In this document: positions 1-9,310 of the stretch, in pieces
How the letters are laid out: the number at the start of each line of letters is the position of its first letter
How positions within the stretch are numbered: position 1 is the stretch's first letter
From: an uncultured Poribacteria bacterium
GTDB taxonomy: Bacteria; Poribacteria; WGA-4E; WGA-3G
DNA length: 64,000 bases
Reading direction: 5' to 3'
Assembly: GCA_958296135.2 (NCBI GenBank)
Contig: CATQHZ020000001.1
Span: 3,328,001-3,392,000, forward strand
Program-made: the position numbers and the translations under genes
The notes under the pieces: generated by a model
What the model saw: only the letters and a program-made list of their open reading frames with translations
Database searches by the model: none
What the model was told of the DNA's origin: nothing

Positions 1-3000
1 ACGGTAGCCACGCACTGTCTCCGCCGCTTCAATAGCACGGACGTGGTTTTCGTAACTTTCCGCATCAGTTGGAGCGAAGGTATCAATCACGCGCGCGAGA
101 TACCAGTCTCGGAACGCTTTCTCCTTCGCGTGCCACCGCGAGAGCCATCGCCGGAGGAACTTCATCCGCTTCATGAGATTGAGCTGCCAATTCCGCGTGT
201 CAATATCTGCCTCAAAGTCCATCCCCATCACGTTGAAACGAGGACGATTGAGGTGGACGTAGTGTATTCTATCGCCGTTTGCCTCGTCAACTTTATAGCG
301 TCGCTTATCGCGTAGGAGTTTTTCCTCACTCGTTAACAAGTGCGCGACGTAGACTTCGTCTTTAATCAGCATCACTTTATGGAGCGCGGGCATCGCCGCT
401 TTCGTGGCGCGATACCCCTCAGCTTCCGAATCACGCGCGTGAATGTGCAACACCTTTTCAACGTATTGGCGAGCGTAGGCGATGTCTTCAAACTGCACTA
501 TATCGTAAATATGGAGGGCCAGCGTCCGATGCGTGTTGTCGTCCATGTCCAGCGTCGCTACGGTGCTTTCAACGAGCGACTGATAGGCGTGTGCCAACTG
601 TTTGCCGCGCCGTTTCTTCGCCAAAATTTCGCGCTTTGCCGCAAGTATTTCGTCGTGGCACGAGGCGTTCGGATGCGCGGGGGGTTGTAATAACCCGCGT
701 TGACGTAATCCATCTTCGCCGTTGGCGAAGCCTACGTTTATAGTGCTATTTTCTACAGCAAGCCGCCGCCCGGCGTTGAAAGCCTTCAGGTTTGTCTCTA
801 AATCCGCAGGGCGCACCATTTGCTTAAGCGCGAGGTGAATGGGTTCTAATTCCAGCGGTATCAGTCCACGTTGGAAGGCGGTACCGAGCAGCATCATATT
901 CGCATAGACTTTGTTGCCGAACATTTGTTCAGAAATAGCAAACAGATCTGCGCCGAAGTAAGCATCCGCATCCGTGCTGGCGTGGAGTGCGGTCTCCAAA
1001 GCGGCGACATCAAACGCCTCCTTGCCGATGAGCGTCGACATCGTCTCCGTTTTGGCGGTATTCACAACGGCGGCGGTGCGCGCCGGAGATGCAACACGAA
1101 AAAGAGAATTCGCATTGATACCGCGCACCGCCTCTAAAATGTCAAGCCCTAACACCAGATCTGCCTTGCCGTAGGCGATGATAGGCGCGACAGAAACACC
1201 GGGGTGGCTATAGGTGACGTGCGAGTAGACACCGCCGTTGCGAATTGCTAAGCCTTTCCTATCACAGAAGGTGACATCGTAGCCTTGCAGATGCCCAGCA
1301 ACAACGAGAATTTTGGAGATAGTGCCAATACCCATGCCGCCGACACCTGCCGCATAAGCATGCCACGTTTTTTGTCCTGGCGCAAAGCGTGGTTTGCCCC
1401 CTTCTGGGGTGGGCAACGTTGTCTCATTAGACAGAAAAGACGTTGTCTTTTCTTGCATGTCTGTCCAAGGGAGGGATGCTACCTTGCGGGGCGGACGTTT
1501 GCGAGTAACGATAACCTCTTCAAAAGAAGGGCACGCGGATTTAATGCGCGCGCACGCGCCATCGGTGACACACGTGGACATGTCAATCCCGATTTTATCG
1601 CCGTAGTCGGTAGGAATAATCTTTAACGCCGGACATCCCGTCGATTTCGTGCATTCAAGGCAGAACTCGCAGACCTCGGGGGTGATATTAATGTGTCTTT
1701 CCCGCGCAAGAAACCCGTCCTCGGCTAGCGTCTTTTGTTCTTCGCGCCGCAGGCGGCGCTGATAGGTAATCGCGCACTCCTTATCGGCGATGACAATCTT
1801 GACACCGGGTTTAAGTATCGTTTTCTCGAGATATTTTTTGTAAGTACCCCGGTCTTCGGGGTTCGTACGGACGATGTCTATTTCGGAGTCACCGGCAAGG
1901 CCTTGCGCCACTTTCTCAATGTCTTGCGCGAATGTCGGATTACCGAGGATATCGATGTCGCCAGCCGGTGTCGGTTGGTGGCCCGTCATGGCCGTTGTCT
2001 GATTGTCCAAGATAATATAGGCGATGTCCTGATTGTTTTTTATCGAATCGGAGATGGCCGCCATGCCACCGTGAAAAAAGGTGGAATCACCCATGAAGAC
2101 AACTTGTTTGTTTTGAATGAACGCGTCAATGCCTGCGCCAGCGGCACCACCGAGTGCCATTGCAGAGAGGTTGTGCATCAAGCGCGGAAAGGGTTCATAT
2201 TTGAGCATCGAATAGCAGCCGATATCACCGTGAAAAACCAGATCGACCGGGGACGACTTGTGATGTTTTTTCATGTAAGCAGCATCCATAAACTGCTCCG
2301 TGATTTGGAGGAGGACGCTGGACGAATCGCGATGCGGGCACCCGGGGCAAAACGTTGGTGTGCGCTGCGGCATGTCAAACTGCTGTTCGGATACCTGCTT
2401 TTGCAGTGCTGCTTCGCGGTTAAATATTTGTGTCTTGGCGCGAAGTTTCTCGTATTGGCGCAAGGCGTTCGATGTGCAGTTTTGGTGCACGATGATTTCG
2501 CTGCGTAATGTGTCCTCGGCACTGTCAATAACTCCGTTGCTGGTGCGAAGTTTTTCGTCGGCTTTGGCAGCGAAGTGCTTGAAGAGGGGCACAAGCCGTT
2601 GGATGAGGAGGGAGGTATCTAACCCGGCCTCGGAAGGCAGCCCTGGCAACCCCTCCGGGAACTGCTTTCCCCACACCTGCACACGCCGTGTGAGTTCGCT
2701 GTTCTGATACAGCTGCGTCAGGCATGCCTTGAGTTCATTTTCAAGCAGAGAACGTTTCTCTTCCACAACGTAGCAGGCCTCAACCTGCTCGGCAAATTCT
2801 CGCACGATGTCGGTGTCAAGCGGATGCGTCATACCGAGTTTAAGGATAGGCATGTCTCCCAGAACGTTCAATTCGCCGAGAGCATGCTGCAAATAACTAT
2901 ACGCGAAACCGGCGGTAATGAACCCGAAGGCATATTTTTCGTCTGGGCGCGAAGCGTTCGGTTGGCGTTGCCTCGGCAGGCCAACTCCTACTACGTCTCG

Positions 3001-3786
3001 GCTAACGCGGGGCATCCCTTGGCTAAGTGCTCCTGAGTCTGGCCACTGAATCTGATTTAGCTTCAGGGCGCGGGCGGTTTCAAGTGCCTGAGGCAGTCGT
3101 TCCTCCAAAGTTTCCCGCTCAATACGCGCCGTATCCGGCGGTAAGACGACGCGCCGTGAGGCATCAATCAAGCCGGTATCCAAGAGGGTGGGGTTCTGCT
3201 GGTTTATCGTAGGATAGACATTCGGGTGCAGTTCAACGTTTCCGCCGCCATCCGCCTGATTCTGTGTGGCGAGAAGCACGACATAGAGGTTCGCCGCTTT
3301 GGATATCTGAAAGGCGATGTCCACCCAATCTTTGAGTTCCTGAAAGGTGCCGGGCTCCACCAAGGGCGTGTAGAGATGCCGTGCAAGGAACCGAGAATCG
3401 GCTGGCACCTGCGTGCTATGTCCCCACGTGTCATCCCCAACAACAACAACAGCACCGCCAATGGTACCAGCGAGATTGCTGATGGCGAGCGCATCGGCAG
3501 CGACATGCAAACCGACGCTTTTCATGAACGCAATCGCACGCACTTCTGCCATTTGGGAGCCGTTTAACCGGGCAATGCTCAACGCCTCGTTATTGGCTAT
3601 TTGCGCGACAATACCGTTTTCTTTGAAGAGCGCGGCGTTACGCTGGATGACATCAAACACCTCGGCGAGAGGGGAACCGGGGTAGCCGGTGAGGAGACTC
3701 ACACCGCTCTCCAACGCGCCTTTGACGAGCAGTTCGCAGCCAGTATAGACATTTGTGCCGTGAGCTTGTGTAAATCTTTTGTCCAT
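1..3786 (-). CDS. Fused indolepyruvate:ferredoxin oxidoreductase family protein (alpha+beta), runs off the window start
   Basis: ATG at 3786 reads MDKRFTQAHGTNVYTGCELLVKGALESGVSLLTGYPGSPLAEV; the same frame later gives WHAYAAGVGGMGIG (beta-domain start). It is absent from the ORF track, consistent with no stop before position 1. Contains three repeat-derived in-frame insertions. Confidence 0.85.
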   Translation of the reverse strand, partial: MDKRFTQAHGTNVYTGCELLVKGALESGVSLLTGYPGSPLAEVFDVIQRNAALFKENGIVAQIANNEALSIARLNGSQMAEVRAIAFMKSVGLHVAADALAISNLAGTIGGAVVVVGDDTWGHSTQVPADSRFLARHLYTPLVEPGTFQELKDWVDIAFQISKAANLYVVLLATQNQADGGGNVELHPNVYPTINQQNPTLLDTGLIDASRRVVLPPDTARIERETLEERLPQALETARALKLNQIQWPDSGALSQGMPRVSRDVVGVGLPRQRQPNASRPDEKYAFGFITAGFAYSYLQHALGELNVLGDMPILKLGMTHPLDTDIVREFAEQVEACYVVEEKRSLLENELKACLTQLYQNSELTRRVQVWGKQFPEGLPGLPSEAGLDTSLLIQRLVPLFKHFAAKADEKLRTSNGVIDSAEDTLRSEIIVHQNCTSNALRQYEKLRAKTQIFNREAALQKQVSEQQFDMPQRTPTFCPGCPHRDSSSVLLQITEQFMDAAYMKKHHKSSPVDLVFHGDIGCYSMLKYEPFPRLMHNLSAMALGGAAGAGIDAFIQNKQVVFMGDSTFFHGGMAAISDSIKNNQDIAYIILDNQTTAMTGHQPTPAGDIDILGNPTFAQDIEKVAQGLAGDSEIDIVRTNPEDRGTYKKYLEKTILKPGVKIVIADKECAITYQRRLRREEQKTLAEDGFLARERHINITPEVCEFCLECTKSTGCPALKIIPTDYGDKIGIDMSTCVTDGACARIKSACPSFEEVIVTRKRPPRKVASLPWTDMQEKTTSFLSNETTLPTPEGGKPRFAPGQKTWHAYAAGVGGMGIGTISKILVVAGHLQGYDVTFCDRKGLAIRNGGVYSHVTYSHPGVSVAPIIAYGKADLVLGLDILEAVRGINANSLFRVASPARTAAVVNTAKTETMSTLIGKEAFDVAALETALHASTDADAYFGADLFAISEQMFGNKVYANMMLLGTAFQRGLIPLELEPIHLALKQMVRPADLETNLKAFNAGRRLAVENSTINVGFANGEDGLRQRGLLQPPAHPNASCHDEILAAKREILAKKRRGKQLAHAYQSLVESTVATLDMDDNTHRTLALHIYDIVQFEDIAYARQYVEKVLHIHARDSEAEGYRATKAAMPALHKVMLIKDEVYVAHLLTSEEKLLRDKRRYKVDEANGDRIHYVHLNRPRFNVMGMDFEADIDTRNWQLNLMKRMKFLRRWLSRWHAKEKAFRDWYLARVIDTFAPTDAESYENHVRAIEAAETVRGYR

Positions 3787-3935
3787 TGTGTTATTTAACT
3801 GCTCCTTTACAGGCGCGTTCAAGTCTGGCAGGAGAACCTACAAACCTTGTCTTTCCTGTAGGCTAGCGGGGTTGTCTTAGCAGTCCATCTTGAGGTTGTC
3901 AGTTGGGCTCAGGCGAGCCCCTATACGTGCTTTTG

Positions 3936-5747
3936 CTATTCTCCTAACCTCTCGCGCGCGTGTGCGAGGCCGATTTCAGTTTCTTCCCCGCCGTGCATTC
4001 GCACAATTTCGCTGACGCGTTCTTCGGGTGTCAGCGGTTTCGCTGTAATGAGCGTCCGGTCTCCGATAACCTTCTTCTCCACCCGAAAATGTTTATCGGC
4101 AAACCGGGCTATCTGGGGGAGGTGTGTGATGCAGATAACTTGTGAAAATTCTGCGAGTTGCTTCAATTTTTTTCCAACGACACTGGCGACTTTGCCGCCG
4201 ATACCGCTATCAATCTCATCAAAAATGAGCGTGGGAATATCGTCCACTTGAACAAGCACCGTTTTGAGCGCGAGCATGATGCGCGAGATTTCGCCGCCCG
4301 AGGCAATCTTTGCAATAGGACGCGGCTCCGAACCGACGTTGGGCGCAATTAAAAATTCTACGGCATCGATGCCATCCGGTCCGAAAGCGTATCGTTTCTC
4401 GTCAATTTGAAGCGCGTTTTTTCTCGTGCGCCAGGCGTTTGATAAGGGTTGTGAGTGCAAGCGTAACCCGTCATCGACATTGTCGATAACTACGTTTTCG
4501 TCTTCGTTTTCGTCTTCGTTTTCGTCTTCCTTGGGGTGAACAGCGACAATGAATCTTGCGTTGTCCATCCCCAGTGTCCGCAATTCCCGTTCAATCAGGA
4601 CAGAGAGTCGTTTTGCAACCTGTTTCCGTTTGGCGGAGAGCGCGGTACACAGCTGCTGCGCCTCCTGCGTCACCTCGTCAATTTGCGCGTTCAGTTTCTC
4701 AATCCTTTCGGTACCGAAGTGTAACGCCTGGAGTTGCCGCGACGCATCGGCATGGTATGCCAGTATCTCTTCAATAGTGTTGCCGTAGCGTCGCCTGAGT
4801 TTTGAGAGGAGTTCCAAGCGTTCGGTGACTTCGGCGAGGCGCATCGGATTGAACTCCACCCCCGCCGCATACTGGCGGAGGTGCGCGGCGATATCCTCTA
4901 TTTCATACAGCGATGAATCCAACCGTTCATGAACGTCGGACAGACTTGCGTCCATCTCACACAACTTGCCGAGAGATTTGGAGACAGTTTTCAGCAGTTC
5001 CAACACAGCCCTCTCTGACGCGTCCCGCGTGCGCCTACCGCTTTCCAGCTGGGCATAGACGCGGTTTGCGGTATCAAACAGCGTCTCGGCGTTGCTAAGC
5101 ACCCGTGCTTCAGCCGCGAGTGCTTCATCTTCGCCTTCGACAAGGTTCGCCGCCGCCAATTCGTCACACTCAAATTCAAGGCGTTCCTTCTCACGTTCGG
5201 ATGCTTGCACTGCCTGCGTCACCTGCGTTACCTCGTTTAGCAATTTTTGACGGTGCTGATAGAGCTTGCCAACCTGTTTTCGCATTTCACTGCAATCGCC
5301 AAAGTCATCTAGGAGTTTGACATGCGTTTCAGTCCGGAACAACGACTGGTGCTCATGCTGCCCGTGGATATCAACGAGCAAGGTGCCGAGTGCCTGCAGT
5401 TGTCTTAAATTCGCCATCTGCCCATTGAGATGGCATCGGCTCCGTCCGTTCGCGTTTATCTGTCGGGTGAGAATAGCGGTATCGTCAGCATCTAACACGG
5501 CGGCGGCAGATGCCGCCCAGAAAGGATGCTGTGGCGATGGCGCGACACCCACCTCCACTTTCGCCGCGGCTGTCCCTTCCCGAACAATATCGGCAGTGGC
5601 GCGCTCGCCTAACACGAGGCCTACTGATTTGAGGATGACAGACTTGCCGGCACCCGTTTCCCCGGTGAAGATATTCAACCCCGGCGCGAACTCTAACTCT
5701 AGTTCATCAATGAGGGCAATATTGCGAATAGAAAGGGCTTCTATCAT
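3936..5747 (-). CDS. recN: DNA repair protein RecN
   Basis: Walker A TGETGAGKS, signature ASGGEISR, LIFDEID and ITHLPQIA; likely start MIEALSIRN at 5747. Confidence 0.96.
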   Translation of the reverse strand: MIEALSIRNIALIDELELEFAPGLNIFTGETGAGKSVILKSVGLVLGERATADIVREGTAAAKVEVGVAPSPQHPFWAASAAAVLDADDTAILTRQINANGRSRCHLNGQMANLRQLQALGTLLVDIHGQHEHQSLFRTETHVKLLDDFGDCSEMRKQVGKLYQHRQKLLNEVTQVTQAVQASEREKERLEFECDELAAANLVEGEDEALAAEARVLSNAETLFDTANRVYAQLESGRRTRDASERAVLELLKTVSKSLGKLCEMDASLSDVHERLDSSLYEIEDIAAHLRQYAAGVEFNPMRLAEVTERLELLSKLRRRYGNTIEEILAYHADASRQLQALHFGTERIEKLNAQIDEVTQEAQQLCTALSAKRKQVAKRLSVLIERELRTLGMDNARFIVAVHPKEDENEDENEDENVVIDNVDDGLRLHSQPLSNAWRTRKNALQIDEKRYAFGPDGIDAVEFLIAPNVGSEPRPIAKIASGGEISRIMLALKTVLVQVDDIPTLIFDEIDSGIGGKVASVVGKKLKQLAEFSQVICITHLPQIARFADKHFRVEKKVIGDRTLITAKPLTPEERVSEIVRMHGGEETEIGLAHARERLGE

Positions 5748-5923
5748 TTCTTCTGTAATGGCGCAGAGCCTTTTGTATTGGCGCAAAGCGTTCGGCAAAA
5801 CCGGTGCGGCAGGTTAACTAGCAGCCGCACTGCGGGCATCCTCGGCGAAGGTATGCAAGTCTTGACACCGTCACGACGGCCCGCTCAGTGGAGACATCTC
5901 TCCAAGAGAACGTGAAACTACCG

Positions 5924-6814
5924 CTAGGAACGACAAACTTTCCTCTTGATGTTTTCGCCTAACATGAGTTTCTCACGCAGGGCCCTGTAATAGTTATGCC
6001 GCCGTGAACGGATGAGCTGAATGGTGCGTTCCGCCTTGCGAACGTTAATCACTGCCTCCGCTCCAAGGCTATGCGTCTCCCGTTGTCCATCAACGAAGAC
6101 ATCAACGCTCTCGTAAGCAGAACGCATCTTGACAGTAATCTCCGCGTCGCCATGCGCGATGAAGGGCCGCACGGTGAGACTATGTGGCGCGATAGGTGTC
6201 AACAACATCGCCTCCAACTGCGGCGCGACAATCGTCCCCGCGCACGAGAGGGAATAGCCGGTGGAACCACTCGGTGTCGCGATGATGAGTCCATCAGCGG
6301 TATACGGAATAAACAGTTGGCCATCAATATAGGCATCTAATTCAATGAGCCGTGTGTAGTGACGGATGACAACATCGTTGAGTGCGAACGCCCGAAACGT
6401 GCTATTGACAACTACCTCTAACATCATTCGGTGCTCAACACGATAGTCACCTTGCAGCGTTGCCTCCAACGTTGGATAGAGTTCTGTCAGCGAAGCGTCC
6501 GTCAAGAAACCGAGGGTGCCGATATTGATGGCGAGGAGCGGCACGTTTTCAATCCCCGGCGTGTGCGCCGCGCTGAGCAGCGTCCCATCGCCCCCCAGGA
6601 CGAGCAGCATGTCCGCTGCACGCACGATGTCTGTTGTCTGCATGCCTATCTTCGGACACCCCAATGCGGCTGCAGGCTCATCCGCTATGAGCGGCGTAAC
6701 ACCTCGCCGATGCAGCCACTCGGATACTTCTGCGACAATATCGGCGGCGTTCACTTTAGAGGTGTTGACAAAAAAGCCGATCTTTTGTAGTGGAGCAAAG
6801 CGTTCAGAGGACAT
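5924..6814 (-). CDS. nadK: NAD(+) kinase
   Basis: GGDGTLL, NIGTLGFL, ALND and DGLIIATPSGSTGYSLS motifs; adjacent to recN; start probably 6814. Confidence 0.95.
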   Translation of the reverse strand: MSSERFAPLQKIGFFVNTSKVNAADIVAEVSEWLHRRGVTPLIADEPAAALGCPKIGMQTTDIVRAADMLLVLGGDGTLLSAAHTPGIENVPLLAINIGTLGFLTDASLTELYPTLEATLQGDYRVEHRMMLEVVVNSTFRAFALNDVVIRHYTRLIELDAYIDGQLFIPYTADGLIIATPSGSTGYSLSCAGTIVAPQLEAMLLTPIAPHSLTVRPFIAHGDAEITVKMRSAYESVDVFVDGQRETHSLGAEAVINVRKAERTIQLIRSRRHNYYRALREKLMLGENIKRKVCRS

Positions 6815-6841
6815 TTCTCGTCTTTCACCTCTCTTCACCAA

Positions 6842-7118
6842 TGCCGTCATCGACGTTGACGTTTTTGTCGTTCGCAAGGCGTTCGGCGGACGTTTCTGCT
6901 AGTTTCACGTCGCTCTACCAATGCCGTCATCGACGTTGACGTTTTTTGTCGTTCGCAAGGCGTTCGGCGGACGTTTCTGATGGTTTCACGTCGCTCTACC
7001 TGTGCCGTCATCGACGTTGACGTTTTTTGTCGTTCGCAAGGCGTTCGGCGGACGTTTCTGATGGTTTCACGTCGCTCTACCTGTGCCGTCATCGACGTTG
7101 TCGATGACTACGTTTTCG
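6842..7118. repeat. Tandem array of about 3.4 copies of an 80-81 bp REP-derived unit
   Basis: Unit tgccgtcatcgacgttgacgtttt(t)tgtcgttcgcaaggcgttcggcggacgtttctg...ctctacc starts at 6842, 6922, 7003 and 7084. Confidence 0.95.
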
Positions 7119-8211
7119 TTGAAGAACTCTTTGCGGAACGCCTCTCGACATACGAAAAACAGAGAATCACGCCGCAGCCTCCTAAAAACAGCATCAACGT
7201 GATAAATAGGTTCGCATCCAGCTGCGGGAGGATGTGCGCGGTATCCACCCGTTCGCCATCAACCATCACAAATTCGCGAAACGGCCACAAACCGTAAAGC
7301 GAACCTACCATCAAACCTATCAGAAAGGCAACGGTGAGGTTACGGTAACGGTGTAGCAGATAGTTCAGCAGCCGCGTAAATGCCACCAGTCCAAACAGAC
7401 ATCCGAGCGCGAAGGCAGCGAGCGTGAGTAAATCTTCCCACATCGCCGAATTCGGCATCTGCCGCGTGGCGAGGATTTCGGATGCGCCTGTCATCACCCC
7501 GTTAATCGCGGTGAGTAGCGGAAAATAGACACCGAACGCGAGCATCAGAAATGAGCCGCTGATGCCGGGCAGTATCATTGCAGAAATCGCCAGCGCGCCG
7601 CACCCAAACATCTTCGTCGTTCGCAACGCGTTCGACAAGGGTTGTTGGTGCAGTGACACCTCTCTGCGTAAGCCGTCATCGACGTTGTCAATGACTACGC
7701 TCTCTGTTGCTGCGGTTTCACCACCTGTCCCCAGAGAGATGCCGACTATCAGCACCACCGCCATGAGTAACACAACCAGTTCCTTGCCCCCAAACCCTTT
7801 GAGCATTCGTGCCGGTATTGCGATAGATATCAAAATGAGCCCGCTAAAGAAGCCATACGTTGCATCGTGGTGGACATTCAGCAGATAGACTATCAGTTTT
7901 GAGGTAAGCAACACCGCTGCAACCGCGCCTACGCCTAAGAAGGCGAGGAAACCCACATCCGCGCGGCGCAGTTCCGCTAGTGCATCCGCGCAGGCACTTT
8001 TTTTGAAGGAGAGCACACGAAGCACCTTTTTGACAGTAGTTAGTCGAATGTTCTGCAGTGCAGCGATGAGCCGTTCATAAATCCCTAAGACGAGAGCCAG
8101 CGTGCCGCCGCTCATACCGGGAATGATGTTCGCAACACCGATGAGGAAGCCGTTGACAAGATTTCGTATTGGTGCCAAGCGTTCGTCTCTGTTTTTCTGA
8201 TGCTTTGACAT
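7108..8211 (-). CDS. DUF368 family membrane protein (putative undecaprenyl-phosphate translocase)
   Basis: Two IPGxSG repeats (ANIIPGMSGGT, AMILPGISGS), multiple TM helices, GSLYGLWPF. Confidence 0.9.
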   Translation of the reverse strand: MSKHQKNRDERLAPIRNLVNGFLIGVANIIPGMSGGTLALVLGIYERLIAALQNIRLTTVKKVLRVLSFKKSACADALAELRRADVGFLAFLGVGAVAAVLLTSKLIVYLLNVHHDATYGFFSGLILISIAIPARMLKGFGGKELVVLLMAVVLIVGISLGTGGETAATESVVIDNVDDGLRREVSLHQQPLSNALRTTKMFGCGALAISAMILPGISGSFLMLAFGVYFPLLTAINGVMTGASEILATRQMPNSAMWEDLLTLAAFALGCLFGLVAFTRLLNYLLHRYRNLTVAFLIGLMVGSLYGLWPFREFVMVDGERVDTAHILPQLDANLFITLMLFLGGCGVILCFSYVERRSAKSSSTKT

Positions 8212-8268
8212 CTCTCTGCCCTAGCCCTCATCAAAAAATTATCGGTTCCCTGCCCAGAGAAAGTTAAC

Positions 8269-8928
8269 TCACCGAAAGGAACGACAGAATAATTGTGTAA
8301 AAAGCCGTATCTCGCGCAGCGGTTTGATGTCGCTTCGGTAATCGCCGTAGCAGGCTGCAATCGGTAAACTCTCTATCCGCAACCCGCGCCGCCCGGCTTT
8401 AATCAGCAGTTCTGACTCTGTCTCATACCGCTCTGTCTCAAGTTGTATCTGCGCTAAGACTGTGGCGCGAATAAGCCGATACCCAGACTGAAAATCTGGC
8501 ACTGTTTGCCCACATAACTTTGAACCGACAAACGAAATGAGCGCGTTATTGACGCGCCGATGCAGCGGCATCGTTTCTCGCGCCCTGACGCGCGCGCCGA
8601 TGAGGATATCAGGCTGTGTGCGCGTAAAATGTGCCAGAAAGCGAGGGATATCCGCTGGGGCGTGCTGTCCATCGCTATCCATGGTGAAAACTGCATCGTA
8701 GCCGCTAGCAAGCGCGTACGCGAAGCCTTTGCGGAGCGCGAACCCCTTGCCGCGATTCGGTGTATGCGCTAAACAGACTGCCCCGCTGTCCACCGCAATC
8801 TCGCCTGTCCTATCCAGAGAGCCATCGTCAATCACGACGATATCGCTGATGTAGGCAGCCGCCTCCTGAATAACCTGTCCTATCTGTTGTGATTCGTTGT
8901 AGGCCGGCAGAAGCAGGCAGATTTTCAT
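8269..8928 (-). CDS. Glycosyltransferase family 2 (DPM1-like)
   Basis: PAYNE, DDGS, NRGKG, MDSDGQH and DFQSGYR motifs. Confidence 0.92.
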   Translation of the reverse strand: MKICLLLPAYNESQQIGQVIQEAAAYISDIVVIDDGSLDRTGEIAVDSGAVCLAHTPNRGKGFALRKGFAYALASGYDAVFTMDSDGQHAPADIPRFLAHFTRTQPDILIGARVRARETMPLHRRVNNALISFVGSKLCGQTVPDFQSGYRLIRATVLAQIQLETERYETESELLIKAGRRGLRIESLPIAACYGDYRSDIKPLREIRLFTQLFCRSFR

Positions 8929-9041
8929 CTCTTCGTCGTTCGCGAGGCGTAACCCTGTATCGCCGATGTTGGCCCACGAACGTGACATGGGGTTACGCTT
9001 TGCGCGCTACAGGAAACGCCCTATCCCGAAACTGTTTTTAA

Positions 9042-9070
9042 ATTATACCACACGCCCGGATTTATGTCAA
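9042..9070 (-). promoter_or_regulatory. Sigma70-type promoter for the GT2-DUF368-nadK-recN unit
   Basis: Perfect TTGACA-17 bp-TATAAT on the minus strand. Confidence 0.8.
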
Positions 9071-9096
9071 CAAAATCTGATAAATGTGATACACTT

Positions 9097-9190
9097 TCCT
9101 TCGTTGTTCGCAAGGCGTTCGGTTAAGTTTGTTGGGGCACTAACGTCTGCTTGCATAACCTGTCATCGACGCTGTCGATGACTACGTTCC
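9097..9190 (-). repeat. Full-length intergenic copy of the ~93 bp family-A REPIN-like element
   Basis: ttcgttgttcgcaaggcgttcgg...gtcatcgacgctgtcgatgactacg matches the copies at 2446, 4420, 7612 and 21530. Confidence 0.85.
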
Positions 9191-9310
9191 TGGTGCTATT
9201 TTTTCTCTTGACAATTGTTGCAGTAACGAACGTGGTTTGAGAAAGTGACGCGATATCCTCAATTCACCGTTCTCTCCTGCAATCCTACAAAAAAATTGAA
9301 AGGTTCAAAC

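Noticed and set aside
43-3798. Many short plus-strand ORFs in the track
   Set aside because: They are antisense shadows of the long minus-strand IOR gene. The same applies to shadow ORFs over other housekeeping genes.
6842-7118. Possible CRISPR array
   Set aside because: Units are near-identical over their full length, with no unique spacers and no cas genes; it is a tandem repeat.
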